Below, piece by piece: positions 20,628 to 31,000 of a DNA stretch of 64,000 bases. The stretch spans positions 1 to 64,000 of the IMG/VR virus record IMGVR_UViG_3300017977_000066. One strand, written 5' to 3'. The notes under the pieces were generated by a model that was given only the letters and a program-made list of their open reading frames with translations, was not told the origin of the DNA and did no database searches. The DNA comes from a virus. The stretch's first letter is position 1. Each line of letters opens with the position of its first letter. Position numbers and translations under genes: made by a program.

Positions 20628-21107
20628 ATGGAATACCAAGTAGAGCATCCTAGACATAGAAAACTAGAAGAGCATAGCAGAGAAGTACGACTACTCAAGA
20701 ACCAAGCTAACATACTTCATGAAGCTGTCATGAGTCATGTGGAGAATATTTTATCTATAACAGATACCATAAACTCTTACATCACTGATATGGGCATGCT
20801 TAAGTCATACATAAAGCTGATGACTAAGAAACATACTGCTAATAAATATATCATAAAGGATCTTAATAGATGTGTATCTACACTAAGGAAACAATACCCT
20901 AGTGATGATCCTACCGTTAAGTATCTTACTTCTACTATAAGACTAGTAGTAGTTGTTAGTAACATAGTAGCCGCATATTTATCCTATAACAGAGACTTAT
21001 GTGAGTTCGATGTAGATGCTAACAAGAACACATCTGAACACCTATATAAACTAATAAAAAATGAGTTATTTATAAATGACTTCTTAAACAAGGATTTAAC
21101 ATGCTAA
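20628..21107 (+). CDS. Hypothetical protein
   Basis: RBS aagga; overlaps the next gene. Confidence 0.7.
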   Translation: MEYQVEHPRHRKLEEHSREVRLLKNQANILHEAVMSHVENILSITDTINSYITDMGMLKSYIKLMTKKHTANKYIIKDLNRCVSTLRKQYPSDDPTVKYLTSTIRLVVVVSNIVAAYLSYNRDLCEFDVDANKNTSEHLYKLIKNELFINDFLNKDLTC

Positions 21108-22114
21108 ACAACACTATAGAAAAAATAAACACTACTACTAGAAATACATTAGGTATGGTTGCCTACCCTATGAGTATATCTACTACTGAGGAGCAAGAGA
21201 GATATGCAGAGTATGAACCTGATTTTAAACCTGGTACTGAGGTTAAGTTCATAGATAATATCTTCTATAAGATAGATATAGCTATACAGTCTGGCATAAA
21301 GTCTATTAATAAGTATTTTCTTAACACTTCTATATTCATAGATGACATGCAGAGTTATGAGACTGTAACACCTAACATCACTGATCTTTATAGACAGAGA
21401 TCTGTACTTACTGACATGATCAAAGACGGTGCATTATTTACATCTATAGCTAATAAGAAAGCCCCTGTATTAGCTGGCTTCGATATTAAGTTAAAAGATG
21501 GTGTTAAGATCATCGCTGATAATGTAGATCTAGTTGCAACTCTAGATGACTACATCAATGAGTTCGATAGTATGTTAGATAGGCTTGTTAATAGTAAGAA
21601 AGATAATATAGATCTTAGGATCAGTAAGAATACTATTAAGGGTATAGAAGCTATAGTAGATACATTAAACAAAGATGTTAGTATGGCTATAAACAAGAAA
21701 ATTATAGTAGATAGAAAACCTGTTAAGAAACTTGTATCCAACTACATGGAACTTAAAGAAGTAGCTGATGAGTTATTAACACATGGTAGTACTCTTAACA
21801 TGGAGACACTAGAGAATACTAATGGTAGTTTAACTATGCTTATAACTAAGCTAGATATAGTTCAGAAGGCTATAGAGAAAGATAAGTTAAAAATGAGTAA
21901 AGATGATTTCGAGAACTTCGTTAACTACATAGGTGCTATGGCTAAATATGTAACAGCAGTTTCTTTTGTTATCTATTTCTATTTACAGCTTGTGAACATG
22001 GCACTAGGTATTATTAAGATAGCTACTTTAAGTAGTGATGATAAGTCTGTTCTTAATACCATCTCTGCCTATATAACTAACACATTTAAAGCTACTGGTA
22101 AACTGTTCGGCTAG
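21101..22114 (+). CDS. Putative virion protein
   Basis: 337-aa helical ORF in an operon with the spike gene. Confidence 0.55.
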   Translation: MLNNTIEKINTTTRNTLGMVAYPMSISTTEEQERYAEYEPDFKPGTEVKFIDNIFYKIDIAIQSGIKSINKYFLNTSIFIDDMQSYETVTPNITDLYRQRSVLTDMIKDGALFTSIANKKAPVLAGFDIKLKDGVKIIADNVDLVATLDDYINEFDSMLDRLVNSKKDNIDLRISKNTIKGIEAIVDTLNKDVSMAINKKIIVDRKPVKKLVSNYMELKEVADELLTHGSTLNMETLENTNGSLTMLITKLDIVQKAIEKDKLKMSKDDFENFVNYIGAMAKYVTAVSFVIYFYLQLVNMALGIIKIATLSSDDKSVLNTISAYITNTFKATGKLFG

Positions 22115-22138
22115 AAGACATATGATTAAGGAGGCACT

Positions 22139-23134
22139 ATGACTAATGACCCTAGTGATAACACTGCACAGCTTAATACACTAGACCTTAGTAAGTTACA
22201 TAGGTATAGCTTCGGAGTTGTTGTAGAAGATAATGTAGATAATGAGTTTAAGATAAAAGTGTATCCTGTAGAGAAGCTATATAGTATAGGAGGGGATCTT
22301 AGTAAAGAAGATAAGTGGATACAGAAGAAGATCAAAGAGAGGAAGGTTAAGAAGACTGAAGAGTTCGATCCTCTTTATATTAAGAGTTTAGAGGATATCA
22401 CTATAAATAGAACTAGATATCTATATGCTAACTGGATAAAAGATAACAATCAGATAACCCCCCCTAACGTCTGTAAAGGCGAATATATAACTCTGTATAG
22501 ATATAGTAACAGAGATGAGTACTATTGGTCTGTAGAGCTAACTGACTTAACTCTTAGGAAAGAAGAGCATGTAGTATATACATTTTCAGATAAGTCTACT
22601 TTAGATAAGTCTGAGGATCCTATAGAAGATAGATATACTGTTACATTCTCTCCTAAGAACAAAGAGGTTAAGATACATACTACTGACAAATATGGAGAGT
22701 ATACTAAGTATGATATCACTATCAAAACTGATGATGGTTATATAGAGATACTTGATGGTAAGAAGAACAGTATCAAGCTTGATAGTACTAAAGATATGCT
22801 TCACACACATATGGAAGGTACTACAGCTAAGTATGATATAACTGTACATGGTGATGATGGTTATATAGAAACTAAAGATGATAAAGGTAATAACATCAAG
22901 CTTGACAGTAGTGCTGGAAGCTTGACTACTAACATCCTGAACAATGTAGATATAAAAACTAATTTAGTTAATATAGACTGCTCATCATTCTCGTTAAAAT
23001 CTGATGCTGTTAGCATAACATCATCTGCTACAACATTTAAAGGTGGTACTATCAAACATGATGGCACTAGTATAGATAAGTTACATGAACACACTGGTAA
23101 CTTAGGCATTAATACAAGTCCTCCAGTTAATTAA
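22139..23134 (+). CDS. Baseplate central spike (gp5/gpV/VgrG-like)
   Basis: OB-fold-like N-terminus (GVVVED, PPNVCKGE), beta-repeat shaft, C-terminal HEH metal-binding apex (LHEHTG). Confidence 0.75.
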   Translation: MTNDPSDNTAQLNTLDLSKLHRYSFGVVVEDNVDNEFKIKVYPVEKLYSIGGDLSKEDKWIQKKIKERKVKKTEEFDPLYIKSLEDITINRTRYLYANWIKDNNQITPPNVCKGEYITLYRYSNRDEYYWSVELTDLTLRKEEHVVYTFSDKSTLDKSEDPIEDRYTVTFSPKNKEVKIHTTDKYGEYTKYDITIKTDDGYIEILDGKKNSIKLDSTKDMLHTHMEGTTAKYDITVHGDDGYIETKDDKGNNIKLDSSAGSLTTNILNNVDIKTNLVNIDCSSFSLKSDAVSITSSATTFKGGTIKHDGTSIDKLHEHTGNLGINTSPPVN

Positions 23135-23174
23135 AAAACAACTATCAGATATACTAGAGAAATCTCTAGTATAT

Positions 23175-23483
23175 CTATTTATTATTTGTTATGTTTTTAT
23201 CAAAATCACGTATGGCTTTAAGCTTTAGTTTATACTCACCTACAGCTTTATATAGATTAATTATAAGGACATTATCCATAGTACCTCTATCGATAGGACC
23301 CGCTATTATATAAGCTTCTCTCATAGGAGGCTTAGGTAATATAATATCATCTACTAATAAAGAGTTAGGTATAGGTATATATTCAAGTTTTACTTTCGTT
23401 ACATAAACAGGCTCTTGTTTAAAAGAGCATCCTGTTACTAAGAGTGTGACATATAATAAGATTAAGAATTTCATGTTACTCAC
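23175..23483 (-). CDS. o-spanin (outer membrane lipoprotein)
   Basis: Lipobox LVTGC, Pro-rich segment, overlaps the 3' end of the upstream TM coiled-coil gene. Confidence 0.75.
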   Translation of the reverse strand: MSNMKFLILLYVTLLVTGCSFKQEPVYVTKVKLEYIPIPNSLLVDDIILPKPPMREAYIIAGPIDRGTMDNVLIINLYKAVGEYKLKLKAIRDFDKNITNNK

Positions 23484-23982
23484 CTATGTTATTTATTGTG
23501 TTATACATATCATATATAGCATCCATATCTTCAGTACCTATATTTTCATATGTAGTCCTATTAAGTACTATATGACCTTCTTCAGGTTGTTTAGTGGTAG
23601 CTTGTGGCATGACTACAGTAGAACTATGTTTATGCTTGATATTATCATTACTTATCTTAACTAAGATTTTATTAGTCTTAGCTTGTAACTTATTGTAACT
23701 CTCAGCATGATCAGAAGTGATATCATGTGTTACTTTAGCTACCTTATCTTTCTCTTTTAGTAGTTTGTCTTTCTCTACTATAACACTCTGTAAGACATCT
23801 ATATTAGCTCTAGACTTAGCTAGCTTAACTTCTTTACTCTCGAATCCACTATAACCTTTATAAAGGTCTACTAATCTGAACATAAGGATGATAGTTGGTA
23901 TACCTATAACTACAACTATGATCATCCATCCTAATTTAGTTAACTTACCTGATCCTAAGAACATACTTACTATACTTAACAT
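23476..23982 (-). CDS. i-spanin (inner membrane, coiled coil)
   Basis: Single N-terminal TM followed by a coiled coil; paired with the lipoprotein gene. Confidence 0.7.
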   Translation of the reverse strand: MLSIVSMFLGSGKLTKLGWMIIVVVIGIPTIILMFRLVDLYKGYSGFESKEVKLAKSRANIDVLQSVIVEKDKLLKEKDKVAKVTHDITSDHAESYNKLQAKTNKILVKISNDNIKHKHSSTVVMPQATTKQPEEGHIVLNRTTYENIGTEDMDAIYDMYNTINNIGE

Positions 23983-24136
23983 GTCATACTCCTATATATT
24001 TTAATATCATGAATAATGTCAATGCTAACATACCACTAAGATATGTTACACAATGTATTGCTACAAACCAACCTACATCGAGACATAATACTGTCTTTAT
24101 TTTTTCTTTTAAAAAATTCATGTCTTTCCTTTTATT

Positions 24137-24652
24137 TTAGATTAGTAATAACTCTGGCCATGACCTTACATTTAGTAGATGAACATAACCTATAAGGTAA
24201 GCATCTATCTCATGCTCGGATTCAGTTCCTTTTAAGAACCGTTTCAACTCTGGTATGTTGTTTATAGCTGAGAACATATCATTCTTATCAGCATTACCTG
24301 TACTAACAACAGCTTTTATACTCTTAGGGGGATAAGAGAACAACCCAGAGGTATTATTGTACTCTATGAAGGCTTTCCTTATCATGAATATAGCATTAGC
24401 TATAGGACCATAAGCTTGTGGTCTGAACCTATTAATGAAACCAGCTTCATGTATGTACTGCATGGGCATGACATCAGCTATAACCCTCTTTAAGATATCA
24501 TATAGTTTATAGAGTCTGAACTCTAAAGGAACATCGGGACTTATGGTTATAGTAAATGAAGTTACATCTTTTATATCTAATGTAATATCATCTATGTCTA
24601 ATATAGCTACTCCACATGTCATGGTTCCCGGATCTATACTGATGAACTTCAT
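24137..24652 (-). CDS. ruvC: RuvC-like Holliday junction resolvase
   Basis: ISIDPG..CGVA, IHE, YPPKSIK..V..GNADK, EHEIDA. Confidence 0.9.
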   Translation of the reverse strand: MKFISIDPGTMTCGVAILDIDDITLDIKDVTSFTITISPDVPLEFRLYKLYDILKRVIADVMPMQYIHEAGFINRFRPQAYGPIANAIFMIRKAFIEYNNTSGLFSYPPKSIKAVVSTGNADKNDMFSAINNIPELKRFLKGTESEHEIDAYLIGYVHLLNVRSWPELLLI

Positions 24653-24661
24653 GCAACTCCT

Positions 24662-25477
24662 TTATACAGTTAAGATATCCATACCACCTAGGTCTATATG
24701 AAATCTTAAGTGTTCGTTTGTTATAGCATCATCTATAGAGATATTAGTATCTAAGAAATAAGCTATCTGTGCAGCGTAACACTCTTCACTACCATCTTCA
24801 GATACGTCTATGATGCTATTACATATGCCTAATTCAGTTATAAGTATACTACTTCCATATAACACATCCATAGCATGTTTTATCTCTAATACCTCATCTA
24901 TGGTTAAGAAGACTTCTACTTTTAAGAAATCAGTAACATACTCATTTTCTTCATTAGCTATATCGATACCAGTTGTTACTACTGGAGTTGGGTTAAGAAA
25001 TGTAGCATCATTAGTATTAAGCCTACTAACATTAGTATATTCTTCTTTTAAACTACTATAGATTAGGATATCGTCTTTATAATCTATACCAGAAAGATCA
25101 TAACCATAGCAAGCCAGATACTCTATACCATCTATAATGATATTCTTTCTTAATCTAGCTTTTGCAGATGGGGGTGTATTAGTAACTTCACTTACAGGTC
25201 TTAGATAAAATGGTAAGTGGTTAAACAATGCTGCATCTATAGGTCTATGTTTACTACGAGTAAGATTAAGTCTACTAGTAGCAGTATCATCTGCAGCCAC
25301 GCCTATAGTTAAGAGATTAACAACTGGATATTCTGGTAACACATCCATAGTCTTAACAACTTCTATACCGAACTTCTCATTAAGAGTGGTATTATCTAAT
25401 ACCCTATATGGCACACCTATGGCTTTAGCGTTTTGAAGCTTAATATTGTATATAGTATTTATTCCATTAAATAACAT
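24662..25477 (-). CDS. Hypothetical protein, probable virion component
   Basis: 271-aa ORF in operon; NTTLNEKFGI and HRPIDAALFNHLPF resemble conserved phiKZ-like proteins (from recall). Confidence 0.55.
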   Translation of the reverse strand: MLFNGINTIYNIKLQNAKAIGVPYRVLDNTTLNEKFGIEVVKTMDVLPEYPVVNLLTIGVAADDTATSRLNLTRSKHRPIDAALFNHLPFYLRPVSEVTNTPPSAKARLRKNIIIDGIEYLACYGYDLSGIDYKDDILIYSSLKEEYTNVSRLNTNDATFLNPTPVVTTGIDIANEENEYVTDFLKVEVFLTIDEVLEIKHAMDVLYGSSILITELGICNSIIDVSEDGSEECYAAQIAYFLDTNISIDDAITNEHLRFHIDLGGMDILTV

Positions 25478-25896
25478 TAGTCCTCCTCATCTTCATTAAG
25501 AATATCTTTTAACTCGATCTCTTCTTTTTCAACACTGTTCTCACCAGGCACTATATCGTCAGGTATGAACTTGTCATCTATGTTTATATCAGCTACAAGT
25601 TTACCAGATGTTTGTCGTTCACTAAGTTTCTTAAAGATACTAGCCATGTTAGCAGCATTCTCTGCATTAGATTCACTCTCAGCATGTTTAAGTCTCTTAT
25701 CTACTAAACCTAGTACCTGGTCATCCAGAGAGTTAAGCACTTCATTAATGACTCTTATCTCTCCACCTTTAGTAGGTAGTCCGTTATTATACTGTATGAA
25801 CTCGTCTACCATGTCCTCTCTTAGCTTCCTTGTTTTAAAAATTATTCTCTGTTCTTCCGTTAGTAAGATACTATACGGGTTTATTATATCAGCCAT
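25477..25896 (-). CDS. Hypothetical protein
   Basis: RBS aagga; stop overlaps the next start. Confidence 0.7.
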   Translation of the reverse strand: MADIINPYSILLTEEQRIIFKTRKLREDMVDEFIQYNNGLPTKGGEIRVINEVLNSLDDQVLGLVDKRLKHAESESNAENAANMASIFKKLSERQTSGKLVADINIDDKFIPDDIVPGENSVEKEEIELKDILNEDEED

Positions 25897-25999
25897 ATCA
25901 GGTCCTTTTATTTTTTCAAATTAACTAGTCCTAGCCATGCCTTATATTAATTTAGACAAAATTCTCATTGAATGAGCTATATGAATAAAAGGAGTATAT

Positions 26000-26458
26000 A
26001 TGTTTACAAAAATAAAAATGTATTTTAAGAGTTTAACATCTGTAGACATATATAGAGATGATATGGACCTCTATAGGGTAATAAAAGAACTTAAGCTTAG
26101 GTTCCGAGACATAGACCCTATGGCAAGTAAGCTACTATATACTAAAATAGTAACAGTAGATAAGAACATACTTAAATACATAGTTAGCTGTCATAATTTT
26201 CTGTTAAATGAGAAGAACAGCATACCAGACATACTTTATATTAATAACCACAGTACTAACTACCTAGTAGACTTTTTAAAAGATGATGATGGTAAGATAC
26301 TATTAAACAGTAACATCTACTTATTAGAGCTATTAGATAAGCTAGAGAGTCTATATGGTATGTACGAGTTACAACCAGATAGGAAACTTAAGAGTTATAT
26401 CATACATGTACTAAACATATATAGAGATATATATAAGGAATATGTTAATGACTCATAG
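26000..26458 (+). CDS. Hypothetical protein
   Basis: RBS aaggag; 152 aa. Confidence 0.7.
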   Translation: MFTKIKMYFKSLTSVDIYRDDMDLYRVIKELKLRFRDIDPMASKLLYTKIVTVDKNILKYIVSCHNFLLNEKNSIPDILYINNHSTNYLVDFLKDDDGKILLNSNIYLLELLDKLESLYGMYELQPDRKLKSYIIHVLNIYRDIYKEYVNDS

Positions 26459-26470
26459 ATATCTTAGTCT

Positions 26471-26488
26471 TATATTACTAATATGAAC
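26471..26488 (+). promoter_or_regulatory. phiKZ-type early promoter
   Basis: TATATTACtaatatga. Confidence 0.8.
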
Positions 26489-26605
26489 CATGGTGTTTTA
26501 TTACATATGGACTAAATAAAAAAAAAACAGGAGTTGAACATGAAAATCATGGCTTAGTGTAACACCAATACAATAAACAGAACATTAACTTTAAGGAAAA
26601 AATAG

Positions 26606-26944
26606 ATGAAAAAAAAAGAAGGCGCTCCTATAACAGATGAGGGTAGTATGCTCGCCAACTTCTTTAGTAAGATACTATTCGATACAGGTAAGATAAACTC
26701 TTATAGAAGGTATGTAAATAGCTATATAAGAAGAGGTGGTAAGAAGACCAAATCACAGATAAACAAATTGGTTATAGATGACAGTATAAGCTGGAAGAGT
26801 TTTGTATTTCTGATATTCGAGATACTACATGTGAGTAAGTTAACTATAACTATAAAATTAGAGTATCCAAATGAGGATGCTACTGACCATACCATGACAT
26901 TCGATGCACCATCTGCAGATGTTAACGAAAAGAAAAAAGGATAA
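26606..26944 (+). CDS. Hypothetical protein
   Basis: RBS aagga; first long ORF of an early operon. Confidence 0.7.
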   Translation: MKKKEGAPITDEGSMLANFFSKILFDTGKINSYRRYVNSYIRRGGKKTKSQINKLVIDDSISWKSFVFLIFEILHVSKLTITIKLEYPNEDATDHTMTFDAPSADVNEKKKG

Positions 26945-26947
26945 CCC

Positions 26948-27337
26948 GTGGAACCACTAGATATAAAAAACGATATGAAACACTGTATAACAGATGATGC
27001 TACTAAATCTAATATAAACAAACTGTCAGATCTTAACCCGACTAGCTTCTTCTCACACAAGACACAAGATTTTGTGAAAGAGACTTTAACAGATGCATCT
27101 AACGATTATGGTGTATTAAATGCTCTAGCTAAATCTATAGCTGTTTTAGAGTATAATAGTAAGATGGCGGATGTTAGAAAAATAGTTAAAACATACATGC
27201 ATGAGATAGGAAGCATCACTTCTAACTACTTCACTAAAAATGTCAGATCTGTATTCATGAAAGAAGATAAAGATGTTGAAGTTGATGACGTTAATATGCT
27301 TATAGCTTACATAGCTATATTTGATATCAAGTTTTAG
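26948..27337 (+). CDS. Hypothetical protein
   Basis: GTG start with aagga RBS. Confidence 0.65.
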   Translation: MEPLDIKNDMKHCITDDATKSNINKLSDLNPTSFFSHKTQDFVKETLTDASNDYGVLNALAKSIAVLEYNSKMADVRKIVKTYMHEIGSITSNYFTKNVRSVFMKEDKDVEVDDVNMLIAYIAIFDIKF

Positions 27338-27345
27338 GAGCTACA

Positions 27346-27990
27346 GTGAATAATATCATAAACATTTCATCATTCGAGCCTGAGGGTAGTATAGGGTTAC
27401 TATTACACCCTAACACACATACAGATTTTAAAACTATCTTAGGACCACTCTACTCTATGAGTAACGGTATGTTCTTTATGAATAGTAGTGTATTCAAGAT
27501 CAACTGGTTGAATCAACCTTTAGATAATGATAAGTTTAAAATTATAAGAAAGAATAAGAAACGTAATGTTCCTAACTACTGGGAACTAGTTAAGCTTATG
27601 TTAGCAGATAGACTACTGCAAGATAAAGCTCTTCTAGTTAAGTTAGCTAAAGAGTTTCCTGAGGATATAGAAGGTACTGTATTTAACCCTGTACTTAAGA
27701 TTAAGAGAGGTGTCCTTACTGAGGTTATCACTAATGATAAACTCTATATCTATGGCATCATACTTAGTAGACTGGTACAGCACATAGTAACACTACTTAG
27801 ATCCGGAGAAATAGAAGATTATGAACATCTTACTGATGCTGAATATAAACTTCTTGTTACTAGCATAAAAGAGTATGTGTGGGATGATATCATAAGTCGT
27901 GTTGATAACAACATCCTAGCTGCTATAAATGACGATATGGATAACGATACACTTAAGAGAGAGTTCATGTCCATAGGAACTAAAAAATAA
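27346..27990 (+). CDS. Hypothetical protein, weak resemblance to phage NADAR-like proteins
   Basis: INISS...IGLLLHPNTHTDFKTILGPLYSM resembles the N-terminus of that family; GTG start with aggag. Confidence 0.4.
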   Translation: MNNIINISSFEPEGSIGLLLHPNTHTDFKTILGPLYSMSNGMFFMNSSVFKINWLNQPLDNDKFKIIRKNKKRNVPNYWELVKLMLADRLLQDKALLVKLAKEFPEDIEGTVFNPVLKIKRGVLTEVITNDKLYIYGIILSRLVQHIVTLLRSGEIEDYEHLTDAEYKLLVTSIKEYVWDDIISRVDNNILAAINDDMDNDTLKREFMSIGTKK

Positions 27991-27993
27991 TAT

Positions 27994-28023
27994 AACAGTA
28001 GCTAGTTAAAACTAGCTACTGTT
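27994..28023. terminator. Bidirectional terminator
   Basis: aacagtagctagtt-aa-aactagctactgtt between convergent genes. Confidence 0.7.
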
Positions 28024-28038
28024 GTTACTTTCTTTTTT

Positions 28039-31000
28039 TTAAAAATTAGCTACACCATGACTTACTATAGGTTTTGTAGCTGGGGTTCTATTAGCTTGTT
28101 GATGATGTTGGTTGTTATCACTTAATGCTGATAGTATAGACTTGTTAAGTTCTACTAACTCACCCATCTTATTATTAGTATCAGCATGCACATGTAAGGA
28201 CTTAGCAAGTATGTTTTGTGAAGCTTTATGTGTATCATGCATCTCAGCAAGTTCTTTCTTATTATCTAGATGTTTAGTATCTATACTAACATTAGGGATA
28301 TGTACATCGTTACCTTTAGTAGATGGTTTACTAGTAGTACCATGTCTGCTAGTAGAAGTATTAGTACTAGCTATAGATGTATTACCACTTCCCATATCGT
28401 CTAGCTCTGTTAAAGTACTATGACCTGTTATACTAGATATAGTATTTCTATCATTGTTAACATCTGCTTCTATATCAGCTTTAGGAGCATTAGCTATATC
28501 ATCAGCGATACGAGTAGCCCTATGACCAACTTGACTAGCCCATTTTGATTTTAATAGTTCAGCACCTGCTTCAGTATACTCACCTTTAGCTATATTATTA
28601 AGAGACTTTTTGAATCCTAATAAGCCTTTAGGTCCTAAGTTAAATCCCATGTTGATAAGATCTCTCTGAATTACCTCAGGTTGATTATCTAACCAAGGGA
28701 GTTTACTATAAAGAGTCTTAGCAGTTTTATTAACATCATGGGCTAGTATCTTATAAGACTCAGGAGTTGTTATAACATCAGTATCTCTACCTATGATCTT
28801 CTTAAGAGGAACTCCTCCTTTAGCTTTATCTAATAAATGCCCAACACCGATGGTATCGTAACCTAGACTATCTTTATAAACTCTATTAACATTACCTTCA
28901 TCATCTACAAGGTTCTTGAGTAATAACCCTTTATTAAAACCTTTGTCTACTTTTATCTCACCTAGTATATCTTTACTAGTTATAGGTTTAGCTGGTTTAC
29001 TATAGATGTTATTAACAGACTTCTTAGTTATAAGATCATCAGAGCTTAAACTGCCTTTATAGTTACTGTTATTGGCAGATCTATGACCACTGTAGTCATC
29101 GTGACCAGGATGCCTACCAGTCATCTTCTGTACTTCTTTATTAATAGTAGATTCAGGGATGTCTGGTTTAATAGGGACACCATTATCATCTACTGGAACA
29201 TCATCACTATTGAATACATCAAAACCTATAACAGCTTTAGAGACAGCTGATTTAAAAGGCATGCCATCGTACATATATTTAACAACATGATAAGCATCAT
29301 ATGCTAACATAGACCATCCTACGAATGGTACGAATCTACTAGCTATCTTACCTAAGAGTTTTGCAGCGCCTTTCACACCTAGTTTCTTAATAAGGATAAC
29401 TTTTATTCTACTTAGCATAGCTTTTATAGCGCCACGTTTAGCTTTTTTAACTACTGTCTTCTTAGCTGCTTCTTTAACGACTTTCTTACCAGCAACTTTA
29501 GTCACGGCTTTAACGCCATACTTAGCACCTTTATAAGCTAGCTTAGTAGCACCTATACCAGCTTTTATAACATGCTTACCACCTAGTTTATAAGCAGCGC
29601 CAGCAGCTAATGCAGTAACACCAGCAGCACCTGCTAAACCTCCGTCACTAGTCATAGAGTCTTCTTTAGATGTTGTAGTAGAAGTAACATCTATACCCAT
29701 ACGTTTATTATACTCAACAGTCTCTTTTTTATCAGGGGCTATGGAACCTAAGCCCGGTATATGAGATAGTGCTGATCTTAAACTAAAACTAAGATTGCTA
29801 GGTAGGTGTTTAATATAGTCAAATCCTGTTTCTAAGCCATCCCATACTTTCTTAATATAGTGTCCTATAGTCTTAAATCCATTTATAGTAGATTTAACAA
29901 AAGTACTTGCTTGTTCAGGAGTTATACCTAATAATCCCAATATAGCAGTTCCGGCTAATAGTATATTAGTAGGAGTTAACCATGATGAGGCTTTCTTAAG
30001 TACATTTTTACCTTTACCAAGTAGTGCTTTCATTTTACCAGATGGTTTCTTACCATAGAGTTTCTTTAACCTATCTTGTTCATTACCATCTCTATCACCA
30101 TCACCATCTTTATCTAACTTGGAAGCTTCTTTAGCTTCTTCCTTGGCTTGGGCTTCTTCTTCATTCTCTTTAGCTATATTACTACTAGTGACCTCAAAAA
30201 GTTTCTTAGTATTAGCAGCTATGGCTTCTAGAGGATTTTTACTAGTGAATGAACTAAAATCTATAACACCAGTTGCACTAGCATTGTTATCGGTAGTTTC
30301 TTTTTTCTTATGGTCGAAGATGGTATCTACGCCTGAGAACTTGTAAGCTCCTTTTAAACCTAGCCCACCAACAGTCTTAGCAGCACTCCAAGCGCCTTTA
30401 TAAGTGGGCTTGATTACTTTACTAGTTAACATCATACCTTTAACATAAGCACCACCAGTAGCATTTAAAACTTTACCTATATCTAACCCAGGTCTAGTAT
30501 TCTCTTTTAACCAAGCTGTCCATTTCTCTTTCTCTTCAGGCGTCTCTAGTTGTTCTAATACTTCTTTAGCTTTTAGATCACCATTAGCCCAAGCTGTATA
30601 AAGATCTCTTCTAACAGGAGGATTGATCTTAGCTAGTGCTTTATTCTTGATTCTTTTAAGACTTTTACTAGCCATACCAAAAGCCATACCACTTCCTAAC
30701 CCGATGGTATCTTTAGCTATACCACCTAACTCAGGATAGAGAGATTTAACACCATTAGATACAGCTTTCATGGAACCAAAATAAGATTTACCAGCGAACT
30801 TAGCAAGATCTATAGCATTAGGGAGATGTAACTTACCATCTTTATCCATGATAAGTTCTTTACCATTCTTACCGATAACTTTCATCTCGTCCATGGTTAA
30901 CTTACCAGCTGTTTTAAAAGCTCTACCAACTCTTTTAGTTTGGTTTATGGCATACTTACCTATCTTAGTATTAGCTAATTTATTAACCATGTCTTTAACT

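Noticed and set aside
23336-23343. Minus-strand TATATTAC matches (here and ~56674)
   Set aside because: Lack the extended promoter context and a suitably placed downstream gene; likely chance
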